From: an uncultured virus (IMG/VR IMGVR_UViG_3300033992_000883)
Lineage: Duplodnaviria > Heunggongvirae > Uroviricota > Caudoviricetes
Strand: one strand, 5' to 3'
Length of the DNA: 64,000 nucleotides
Virus record (IMG/VR): IMGVR_UViG_3300033992_000883
The position numbers and the translations under genes were made by a program. Within the stretch, counting starts at the first letter, position 1. Every line of letters begins with the position of its first letter. The notes under the pieces are model-generated. The model saw only the letters and a list, made by a program, of their open reading frames with translations. It searched no databases and had not been told where the DNA came from. This document shows, piece by piece, positions 1 to 10,300 of the stretch.

Positions 1-3000
1 CCCATGTACTTCTTAACAGCAGCCTCTCTTGCTGCAGGATTCATTTTATCAAGATCTAATTCTAAATTAATTAATCCATCATAGAATCCTGAAGACTTTT
101 GCACTAAAGGTTCTCCTTTTACTTTTTGTTTAATAATTCTTTTATTAATAACTGATAATAAAAGTTTTTCAATTTTAGCAGCTTCAGGATGTAAAGACAA
201 ATCAAATCTTAATTCACCTTCTTCAGTTACATCAATAATATCAATTAACTTATCACTATAAACATCATCTCTAGTGAGAGTGTCTCTGATCATTTTAGCT
301 AATTTAGCAATACTATCTTTATCAACTGGAATGTATTCACCAGCTTCATTAACTTTAAAACCAAGTTCATCCGTAAGTTCATTTTTAAGTAACTCAGTAT
401 ATGCACTTACTCTATCTACATAATTATTAACAAGTGCTATAACTTTAGGATCCTTAGATGTAATCTCACCATTTTCATATAACCCTTCTAAAATCATCTT
501 TCTCATCTGAGTAGAGAATATTGATTTTTCTTTGTATTTTGAATTTACTTCAGTTTGGTTCTTTAAAAATTCTGCAAAGACTACATTCTTAGTAAATTCA
601 ACTGAAGTGTCTACATTGCCATTTTTATCAATAATCTCATCACCGTTACCTATGTGTCCAACTTTTTCACCAGTTTCCATTAAAACATAATGTACATTTT
701 GCTTAAGCATCATGTCATGTATCTGACCTAATTTAGTATCAGCAGTATGAACTGTTGGGATTATTGGAGCTAATGAAAATTTATGAAAAGATACTACAGG
801 AAGACCTTCTGTTTTTATATTACCATAGTACTGTAATTTATATGGTGGAAAGAATTGTTGAATATCTGATCCAGTAATAATATCACCTTTTACAATTTTT
901 TTATACAGATCTTCTTGTTGATACGTCCAGTTACCTTCTAAATTTTTAAGCATTCTATATGCTTCAAAGTTAATCCAACCTTGACCATCAGCAATTTTCA
1001 TATTACTATAGTCTTTTAATACAGTTTCTGAAAGTTCTTTTGCTAATCTTGTAGCTTCTTTTTTAGATTTACCCGCTGCAATATATCTTTTTGTATAATC
1101 TTCAATTAAAGCTTCAGAATATTCCGGTTTATATTTTGATTCTTTAATAACTTCTTCTTTAATAATAGCAGTATTTAAAGTACCATTGTAAGCTTCTAAC
1201 TGATAACCTTGTTTAGCAGCATACATCTTTTCAAATAAAGGACTGTTTATATACATCCTTGCTCTTAAATCAGCTCTAAAACTTCTACCTCCGGAACCTA
1301 AACCAGCATTTCTTTTATGGAACTCTTCTTTATCATGATTATACTGTACTGTATCACCATATGCAAGAATAGTTGTTTCAAAGTTATGAATCCAAGAATT
1401 ATATGTATAGGCTTTAACAAGCATCTTATCAATAAGATCCTTACTTATTTGAGGATCTTTAACCATATCATAAAGACTTTGATCTACATATTTTGCATCT
1501 TCAAGTCTAGAATAATTTGCTTCTGATAAAGTATTAAAGTATCTAATAACATCAGCTTTTACTTTCTTTCTTAAATCAGGATTCTCATTTATAATTTCTT
1601 TTAAATTAAAGTCTTGAGTATTATAATATCCTGTATTTAAAGCTTCATTATTAACCTCCTCTATATTCTTATCTATTATATCATATAGTAAACCTTGAGT
1701 TTCTGGTGTTAATACATCATCAAATGCAGTAAATGCTTCACCAGCCATCACAGTGTTACCTGTATCTTTCCTTACTACATCTCTGTTATATGCAGTAAAG
1801 TTTTTAAAGTAATTAGGTGAAGATTTAAATCTGAAAATTCTACCTGCTTCTGCAGCAATATAACCAAGAATGATATTAAAACTTTCAGTTTCTCCTTGAT
1901 TATTATCAGCCACAGTATTTTTAGGACTAAAGGCCATTACATCTACATAGAGATTACTTGATTTTTTACCTGCATATGTTTTAAGCTTTTTAGCTCTTAT
2001 GTTCATTGCAGTTTGTTTAGAAGCATGTCTCATGAACTCTTGTACTCCAGACTGCAGCATTGTATGTAATTCTTGTAAAAACTTACTTGTTACATCAGTA
2101 CTTGCTGTTGAAGTTCCAGTAGAATCATTTGTCTCTCTATTTATAATTTGGGTACCGCCTATATTCTCTAGTAATAATTCTGCTCCTGGTAACTTTTCTC
2201 CATATGTTTCAGACATTTGATTTAAATCAAAGATTGAATTTAATATCATAGAGAATGGAGATGCTGGATTATTTACTTCATTTAACCATTTCATATGCTG
2301 GAATCTACCATTTGGATCAGCACTATATGAGGTTAATTCTTGCCAGTTCTTAGCTTTCTTTATAGAGGTAACTACTCTTGTGATAGTGTTATCTACAAAT
2401 TGTTCCCAAACTTTATTTTTCTCCGGTGTTAATACACTGAAGTTTGAATATCCATCAGAAAATCTGTTTTGTAATTCAGCTAATCTTGTTACTTTATTTT
2501 TTACATCTCTTGATTTATCACCAGCTGCTTTTTCAATTGCTGATGGAAGACCATTAAGTAAGTAATACATAGGGTCTTTCTTGAAATCATTTGCTGCAGC
2601 ATTTAAAGATATATCATTTGACTTAGCTGATAAGTAAACTAATCTAATATTGTTATATATGAAATCAATATTATATTTAGCAGCAAATGGTTTTTTCTTA
2701 TCTCTAACAACAGCTCTAATTTCTGCACTTGTCATATCCATTTGAATACCTAAAGCAGCTAGAAAATCAACAGCTTTAGTTGGATCCAGTTGTTTATTTA
2801 ATGAAAAATCATTTATAATTTTATCTACATCCAATATATTAAATCCATACTTTTTATCTTTAACTATATATGGATTTGTTGCTGTGTCAGCAATATTAAA
2901 ATTTGTAGTCCAATCATTTATAATCTTATATACATCAAAATTAGCAGCTGCCAATCTTGATTCAAATTTTGATTTTTCTGGTATTCTTTTACCGTCAACA

Positions 3001-6000
3001 TACTTTTGTTTTTCTATTATAGTTTTGTTGATGTTTAACTGTATGTAAGGTATGACAGGTTTTTTAAGATCTTGCCAGAAGTTTGTCTCAGACTGAAATT
3101 CTGTTTTATTATTATATGCACCGGGTCCCATAACATATGGATTAGGAAGCATATTTAGTATTTGTATAAATTCAGGATTATTTGGTATTCCTTGAGTTAG
3201 CCTATCATGCATGTCTTGATAGTCAAAAGAACCTTGTAAAGTTCTTGCAACTCTATTCCACATATCACTCATAGGCTCAAGAATTGGCAAACCAAACTCA
3301 TCAGTATCATATACATAATTCTCAACACCATTGGCATCTTTCTCTAATAAGTAATCCTCATTATTTTTTCTTTTGAGTTTGAAAATACCAGACAACATCA
3401 TAGTTGTATCATCTGTAGCTAACTGTTTGGCAGAAATACTATTACCTTCTTTTGTTGAAAATAAAGTTGTTGTAGGATCTTCTGTTTCATCAACATAAGC
3501 ATCTTTAAGGACACTAAATCTTGACCGTTTCATATGAAAAGCTACAACCCCTTTATCAGTTTTTTTACTTAATGCTTCACCTATCACACCGTAGTTCTGT
3601 ACAATTTTAGTGAGCAAATTAAGTCTATCAAAATGTTTTTGTTCTAAGATATAATCTGGATCATTACTCAATACATTTTTTTGAGCAATTTCTCTAGTAA
3701 CATCATGTTGTTTTTCAAGTAAGGCTTTTACTTGTTTTTCAAGTGTTGTATATAACGATTGTCTGTTAGTAACATTACTCAATAACTTAACTGCACCACT
3801 TGTTGTATTATACCTAGTATTATATTGCTGAAATGTTCTAGCCATTAATACATCTAACAAATCAACAATTTTACTTGATTCACTATCTGTTATTTCATTA
3901 TAACCAGCATAAGCATCATCTAATGGAGTTACTGTATTTTTTGCACTATTTAATCTTTCAAACCCAGGCATTAGATTATTTGCCGCATTCTCTGTGTCAA
4001 TAGTAAAGTTACCGGTATGTAGCTTGTCATAATATTCTTTAACTAAAGGAATATCATATAGTCTAGTTATATCTCTGTTAGATGTTTTACCAAAGAAGAA
4101 CTCAAGTATTTTTTTGAATTTATCATATACTCTTTGAATAAAACCTTTTGCTTTTTTTCCATCTACAAGATACTCAATAAAACCTTCAGCTAATTCTTCC
4201 TCAACCTCTTTATAACTTAATGTTTCCCATTTAGGATAATTACGTACTTCATCATAAAGCTTTGTTTTTTCTTCTCTAGTTAATACTAATTGAGAAAATG
4301 CATGCCATGATTCATGATACAATGTAATAGGTAATGCATCTCCATATAATTCAATCTTAGCAAGAAAACCTTTTTTACGTGAAGGACTGATTACTTCTGA
4401 TAATTTAGAAGCAGATGCTATAAATGTACCATATGCATCAGAGTTATAAATTAAAGATAATCTTTCTAGAGAGACTTCATTCTTAAGTGGACTAGACTCC
4501 CACCACTTTAATACTTCATTCCATGATGCTTTATCACCATATATCTGAGTCATTAAAGCAGTTTGTCTTTTATTTCTATCCAGAGTTACATCTGGAAAAT
4601 CCATGCTTAGATCAAGACCATCAAGTAGATTATCAATATTCATTTTATTGATCTTAGCATCTACTACTTTTATTTCTTCTTTTGTTAACTTAGGTTTTAC
4701 TACTTTAGCAATCTTTGTAGAAGTATCAACCGGTTTCTCAACCTTAGTTGTTTTTCTTTTGAACTCAGCTGACTTTTTATTATAAAATCTACTTAAGAAT
4801 TTTGATTTAGTATTGGGTGAATTCTGATATCCTTTAGTTAAATAAGGAGCAGAAGTTTTTAATGCATAGTCTTTAAATGCAATTATGTCTACAGGAATAC
4901 CTAGTTTTTTTGCAGCTTTGATTGACGCTTCAGCTATACCAGTTTGACCATTACTAATGATTTTACTAATTGGGTATTTTTCTGAAACTTTACTTAATAT
5001 GTTATAGATATATTTATCTACATCTTCTTGAGTATATCCTTTTTTATATAAGGCTGCAATATCATTACCTACAACATTTATTATGTTTCCACGGATTGCA
5101 GAAAGATTTTTTACAATTAAATCAATAGCCTCATCTGAAGGATTAAATCCTTTAGGTGCATCTTTCTTAGAACCAAGAATTACACTGTGCCATTTTTTTT
5201 CTTTACTTGCTCTTTGTTGGATTATTTTTTCATCACCCATTGTAAAGTCTGTACCTAGACCTAAAACAATATCAGCTTTATTCATATTTGAAACAAGCAC
5301 TTTTCCATTAGGCAACTTACTTGCAAAAGCTGAAAGTTTAAATCCTTTTTCTTCTTCTCCTTCTTCAGTTTCTTTTGCTTTTTTGATTGGTTTAGCATCA
5401 ACTTCATCTAAGACTAAAGAATCATCATAAGGCATTCCTAATTCAATAAAATCATCAGCTTGTGTAGTAAAATCATAAGGTACTGCAAATTGAAGATATG
5501 AATTCAAACCTGCAAAATAATTCATGTCAGGTTTTGAATAATCAACTTTCATATATGGTTTAATGAAATCAAAATAATCTTTCTCAACTTTTCTAATGAT
5601 AGGATTACCAGATCTATTAGTTGTAAACTCATAATCAGTAAAAGTTACTCCTTTTTGTATGGCTCCATCAACAGCAAACTTTCTCATGTAACTCATACTA
5701 GCAGGATACTGAGCTGTTATATTTCCTTGAGAATCAGTAAATTCTTTTACTTTCATCAAATGATTAAATATTTTATTCTCAGCATCTTCTGATTCTAAAT
5801 CTATAGATTCAGATTGTTTTGTTTTTCTATCATATAATGATACAGAAAGTTTATTCTGATTTAAAACTTGTATTAACTCAACAGTAATACCATTACCAGA
5901 AGTCTGATTAGATAAGAATGTTTCATAGTACTCTAATTTTGCTTGAGGGCTCAAAGGCTCACCATCTGATAATAAATCAGTAGTTAGAATTTTTGCAATG

Positions 6001-7304
6001 TTTCTAGCAATTTTTTCATCTATGTCCATTCTTTGTAAATAGATTTTATTATCTATTGCTACTCCTGAACTAATTTTACTTGTCATAAAATAACTTACAC
6101 CCTCCATACCAGTATCATGGATATAAATCATTTCTACATCATCTTTAAAGTCAGTATTTGAAAGTAGTTCGGATTTTTTTTCTACAATACCATAACTACC
6201 ACCAACAATAGGTAATAAAACATATGCATCTTTTTCAAGTTCTAAAGCTTCATTTAGTCTTTGAAGATCATTCATGTTTTGTGTCTGCATGTTTTTATAC
6301 TTTGCATATGCAGCATCTCTTTCTTCTTGACTATATATTTTACCGTTATCTAAAGCATTTTTAATCTCTTGCTTAACTAAGTCTTGTGGAGAAATCAAAC
6401 TATATAGATAACCTGCTCTATTTCCTAGATAAAGTTTACTATTATAATTTACTACAGGTCTTATATATTGATAAACAATTCTTCCACCGGTTTCAGTTAC
6501 ATTACCAGCATCATCAAATCTTATAGGATTACCAGCTCTATCTGAAATAATACCAACATTTATATTGTAGGTTTTATTCTTTGTTAAGAATGTAGTATCA
6601 TATTCTGTTAGATCTTCTTTGTCTAAACTTCTGATAGACTGAGCTTTAAGCATTATAGGAGTATCTCCTAACATTACTTTATCTGTCTCAGTTTTATTTC
6701 TAGAAAGCCATACAACATTCTTAATGACTTTGTCAAACAAGACTTTCTCATTGTCAATCTCATTTCTTTCTTGTTCAGTCATTGTCTCTGGATTCTTTGC
6801 AACTGCAATTTGACCAGAGAGTTTTAATGGATTATCTACTTTAGCTTTTTCTTGTACTGATGACCAAGGTACTATATCACCATTATCATTTTTTTGAGGA
6901 ATTGCTTTAGATTCTCTATTACTTTGTTTGATTTTAGAATCAATTTGTTTTTTATTAGTTTTAATTCTTTTGGGTTGAACAAATTCTAATACCTTGTCAA
7001 TATTATCCCATTCAACAGATAAATCATATACAGGATCAAACTTAAAATCTACTGCTTTACTTTTTAAATAAGTTCTGACTTCTGGATCCTTAGCTACCTC
7101 TATTAAGATATCCGGAACAGCTTGCGCATACAGTAAACCATTTGGCTCATCTTTAAATTCTTTATATACTTCTTTTATGAATTTATTAAATTCAATATTA
7201 TTAAATGGAGCAAGATCTGGATTATCCATCCGATCTTTTATTTCTCCATAGACAATACTATATAACGCTACTAAATCATTTTCAGCATACAGTTGACAGG
7301 CCAT
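1..7304 (-). CDS. Giant virion RNA polymerase of crAss-like phages (>2430 aa, 3' end outside the window) with SLOG-like and zincin domains
   Basis: Missing from the ORF track because no stop lies in the window. ATG at 7304 (MACQLYAENDLVALY...). Spot translations at about 7300, 5100, 4300, 1300, 1000 and 1-60 all fall in one frame. crAss vRNAP-like motifs: KRNAGLGSGG (~1290-1317), ADGQGWINFEAY (~958-993), FHKFSLAPIIP, METGEKVG, IIKQKVKGEPLVQ. Last of three giant genes after the tail block. The catalytic DxDxD motif was not seen and presumably lies beyond the edge. Confidence 0.85.
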   Translation of the reverse strand, partial: MACQLYAENDLVALYSIVYGEIKDRMDNPDLAPFNNIEFNKFIKEVYKEFKDEPNGLLYAQAVPDILIEVAKDPEVRTYLKSKAVDFKFDPVYDLSVEWDNIDKVLEFVQPKRIKTNKKQIDSKIKQSNRESKAIPQKNDNGDIVPWSSVQEKAKVDNPLKLSGQIAVAKNPETMTEQERNEIDNEKVLFDKVIKNVVWLSRNKTETDKVMLGDTPIMLKAQSIRSLDKEDLTEYDTTFLTKNKTYNINVGIISDRAGNPIRFDDAGNVTETGGRIVYQYIRPVVNYNSKLYLGNRAGYLYSLISPQDLVKQEIKNALDNGKIYSQEERDAAYAKYKNMQTQNMNDLQRLNEALELEKDAYVLLPIVGGSYGIVEKKSELLSNTDFKDDVEMIYIHDTGMEGVSYFMTSKISSGVAIDNKIYLQRMDIDEKIARNIAKILTTDLLSDGEPLSPQAKLEYYETFLSNQTSGNGITVELIQVLNQNKLSVSLYDRKTKQSESIDLESEDAENKIFNHLMKVKEFTDSQGNITAQYPASMSYMRKFAVDGAIQKGVTFTDYEFTTNRSGNPIIRKVEKDYFDFIKPYMKVDYSKPDMNYFAGLNSYLQFAVPYDFTTQADDFIELGMPYDDSLVLDEVDAKPIKKAKETEEGEEEKGFKLSAFASKLPNGKVLVSNMNKADIVLGLGTDFTMGDEKIIQQRASKEKKWHSVILGSKKDAPKGFNPSDEAIDLIVKNLSAIRGNIINVVGNDIAALYKKGYTQEDVDKYIYNILSKVSEKYPISKIISNGQTGIAEASIKAAKKLGIPVDIIAFKDYALKTSAPYLTKGYQNSPNTKSKFLSRFYNKKSAEFKRKTTKVEKPVDTSTKIAKVVKPKLTKEEIKVVDAKINKMNIDNLLDGLDLSMDFPDVTLDRNKRQTALMTQIYGDKASWNEVLKWWESSPLKNEVSLERLSLIYNSDAYGTFIASASKLSEVISPSRKKGFLAKIELYGDALPITLYHESWHAFSQLVLTREEKTKLYDEVRNYPKWETLSYKEVEEELAEGFIEYLVDGKKAKGFIQRVYDKFKKILEFFFGKTSNRDITRLYDIPLVKEYYDKLHTGNFTIDTENAANNLMPGFERLNSAKNTVTPLDDAYAGYNEITDSESSKIVDLLDVLMARTFQQYNTRYNTTSGAVKLLSNVTNRQSLYTTLEKQVKALLEKQHDVTREIAQKNVLSNDPDYILEQKHFDRLNLLTKIVQNYGVIGEALSKKTDKGVVAFHMKRSRFSVLKDAYVDETEDPTTTLFSTKEGNSISAKQLATDDTTMMLSGIFKLKRKNNEDYLLEKDANGVENYVYDTDEFGLPILEPMSDMWNRVARTLQGSFDYQDMHDRLTQGIPNNPEFIQILNMLPNPYVMGPGAYNNKTEFQSETNFWQDLKKPVIPYIQLNINKTIIEKQKYVDGKRIPEKSKFESRLAAANFDVYKIINDWTTNFNIADTATNPYIVKDKKYGFNILDVDKIINDFSLNKQLDPTKAVDFLAALGIQMDMTSAEIRAVVRDKKKPFAAKYNIDFIYNNIRLVYLSAKSNDISLNAAANDFKKDPMYYLLNGLPSAIEKAAGDKSRDVKNKVTRLAELQNRFSDGYSNFSVLTPEKNKVWEQFVDNTITRVVTSIKKAKNWQELTSYSADPNGRFQHMKWLNEVNNPASPFSMILNSIFDLNQMSETYGEKLPGAELLLENIGGTQIINRETNDSTGTSTASTDVTSKFLQELHTMLQSGVQEFMRHASKQTAMNIRAKKLKTYAGKKSSNLYVDVMAFSPKNTVADNNQGETESFNIILGYIAAEAGRIFRFKSSPNYFKNFTAYNRDVVRKDTGNTVMAGEAFTAFDDVLTPETQGLLYDIIDKNIEEVNNEALNTGYYNTQDFNLKEIINENPDLRKKVKADVIRYFNTLSEANYSRLEDAKYVDQSLYDMVKDPQISKDLIDKMLVKAYTYNSWIHNFETTILAYGDTVQYNHDKEEFHKRNAGLGSGGRSFRADLRARMYINSPLFEKMYAAKQGYQLEAYNGTLNTAIIKEEVIKESKYKPEYSEALIEDYTKRYIAAGKSKKEATRLAKELSETVLKDYSNMKIADGQGWINFEAYRMLKNLEGNWTYQQEDLYKKIVKGDIITGSDIQQFFPPYKLQYYGNIKTEGLPVVSFHKFSLAPIIPTVHTADTKLGQIHDMMLKQNVHYVLMETGEKVGHIGNGDEIIDKNGNVDTSVEFTKNVVFAEFLKNQTEVNSKYKEKSIFSTQMRKMILEGLYENGEITSKDPKVIALVNNYVDRVSAYTELLKNELTDELGFKVNEAGEYIPVDKDSIAKLAKMIRDTLTRDDVYSDKLIDIIDVTEEGELRFDLSLHPEAAKIEKLLLSVINKRIIKQKVKGEPLVQKSSGFYDGLINLELDLDKMNPAAREAAVKKYM

Positions 7305-7314
7305 TTTTAATTAT

Positions 7315-10300
7315 TTAAGGAGTGGTACAATTATCAATATTATTATTTTTAATGATATTCTTTGCTGCAGCAAATCTACTCTTCTTATCACCGGCCGCTT
7401 GTTGTTTAGCAGCTTTTAAAAGTTCTTGATTTTGAGCTAAATTTTCAATACTACCTTTAGCTAAATCTGCAGTAGACTTATCTACATCTGAAACTATTGT
7501 TTTTTCTGTTTCTTGTTTAATGGCCTCTTCCGTATTCTTAATAAAATCTGATTTTATTTTATCCTCTGTAATTGTTTTTACAGAAGCTTTCTTACCTTTA
7601 GTTCTATTAACAATTTGCTCAATAACAATCTTACCGTCTTTAACTTGTTTCACTTTTACAGGTTCATTATTTTCAATTCCAAAGATAGGATTTTTACTGA
7701 TCAATGTGTCCCCTGGTTGTAAAATATCTTCAGATACACTAGTATTTAACTCTTGTTTTTTATTTTTATTAAGTCTTGTAATTACATCAGCAAATGCTAG
7801 ATTTGGTTCTTCACTTATTAAGATAAGTCCATCCATGTAAGCTTCTTTTAAATCTTCTAAGTTTGTAGCAGAGTTCATTTTTTTGATAATATTTTTAAAC
7901 TCTTCTTTTGTAAATGTTTCTGCTTCAGTATTAAATATAGCTGCAGATGTACCTTTTAATAAAGCATCTATCTCAGCATCAATATCAAATTTAACAGGAG
8001 GTGTTCCTTCTTTAACAGGAGTTCCTTCTAAAGTAGCAAGTTCATTTTCTAATTGTTCTAGCTTTTGATTTAATTTTTTAAGCTCTGGATTTTCTTGTAT
8101 AGCTCCTTTTACAGTTGTATAAGCAGTTTTAGAAACTTTCTCAATATTCTTTTTAAGTTTTGCAATATCAGTTTTTAACTTTTTAATTTTTGCAGCTACT
8201 TCTTTTTCATCTTTTTCTACTGGTTTTACAGGTTCTGATTTTGCTTTACCTTCTTGTTTTAATTCTTCAGGTAAATTTGGTTCAATCATTTCAATACCAT
8301 ACTTTGCAAGTACCTCTGGTGCTACTGGCTCTAATGGTGCTAATACACTTTTCTTAAGATTTTTAAGTTCATTCTCAAGTGCAGTGATAGCTTTAGTATC
8401 TTTAGTTTTGGCTTTTTCAAGTGTAGACAACTTAGATTGTAGATTTCTAATTAGAGGGGCATTTACCTGATTTGCAGCTGAGACAGCGTAACTTATATTA
8501 CCGTCCATATCAGTTTTAGTTTCTACAGGAAGTATAGATATAGTCTTAGCTAAGATACCAGTCATGTTATATAACAATGTTCTATAAATAGATAACTGAA
8601 TCCTATAGTCTAATTTTTTACTATACTTATTATCTTCATCACTAAAGTTAGTCCAGTTCTTACTTGTTTTAACATCTATAATAACCAAGTCTCCAGTTTC
8701 TCTATTGAATGCTATTAAGTCCATGGCTCCTACTAACCCCAATGAGTTAAGTAAAGTTTTATCAAATATTAAAACATCACTTGATAAGATTTTGTATTTA
8801 CCGTCTATAACAGAATCTTGAAGCTCAGTAATTATTCCATTATCACCAAATAGGTTATCATAAGATAATTGATTTATTTTAGAAGACTTTTCAGGCTTCA
8901 TAAATTTACCATCAGGACCAATTCTAAATGACTCTCTAGTCATATCATCAACAGTATTACCTGCTATTGTAGACTCATCATATGCCACTTTTTGCACTGC
9001 TTCTTTCAAAGACTCTCTTGTAAGATTACTTGATAAAGCTCCTCTAATGATATCAAGTTTTCTTTGACTATTTAACTGAGCATAACTACCTCTTTTAATC
9101 TCATTCTCTAATGAGGTCATGAAATAATTTAATTTCTCTTCAGATTTTATCTCATCATTTTTAATAATTTCATCAAATAGATTTAAAAGTGTAGGTCCTT
9201 TTTTACTTGTTTTTTCATCTTCATTAACAGGATCATAACCAGGAAATTCAGGTTCATTTTTTATATCACTCTTAATTCTAGATGTAATTTTTGTAACTCT
9301 TTCTGGTCTTTCCTCTTTATCAGTAAATTTATAACCTATTACATTTTTACCATCCATTATTCTTTCAACTTCATTTTGTCTATTGACAACCATTTCATTG
9401 AAGATTGTGAAAGTAATAGCTTGATTATTTTTTTCTGTAATATAATTAGATCTTAAATATTTAATGTATTTATTTAATTCAGCTATATCATTTTTAATTG
9501 CAGTTCTAGTACTGTTATTTAATTTATTACCATCACTGTCTTTGTTTGCATCAAGCATTTTTTCAAGTTGATCTCTTGTCATTTTTAATGATGTCAAACT
9601 ATATTCAGTAATAGCTTTAGTTAACTCAATATATTTAAGATTAGGAAGAGCTGATTCAAAATCTACAGGTCTTTCATTGTACATTTTGATCCTATCACCT
9701 TTTGTTGCAAACCAACTATTTCTTAATTTCTCATATTCAAATGAGTTAATATCTTTTAGATCAGCTCGTTTACCCAAACCTTCTGGTTCAGGGGCAGTTA
9801 AAAATATATCAAATTCTTCCTGTAATTCAGCTTTTAAATCATTTGGTAATTCATCCCAAGGTGTATCAATACTTACTTCAGATTCAGTTTGTTTTTTAGC
9901 AGCTGTCTTAGGTGTTCTAGGAGATTTACTAGGCTCTTTAATTTTATTCTCTACAGCCTCTATTAATCCTTCATATTTCTTCTCAGTGATTTCAATTTGT
10001 TTTTGATAATCTTCCCAAGATTTTGTTTTTTGAACAGGTGGTGTTGGATCAAAGTCTGCCGCTGGAGTTTCATTTTGTAATTGCAATAACCTTCTATTGA
10101 GTAATATTGGTAATGCATATTTATTTTGAGCAGTAGTTAAAGAAATGTTTTGTGCTAGTCTTACTGACTCAAGATCATTTGGATCAGTATCACTTTCATT
10201 AAACAATTTTCTAGCATACTTCTTTAATTTTTTACCTTCTACCGGATCAGCTAATATTTCATCTACAACAGAAAGATATTCTTCTTCTGTAAATAATGGT

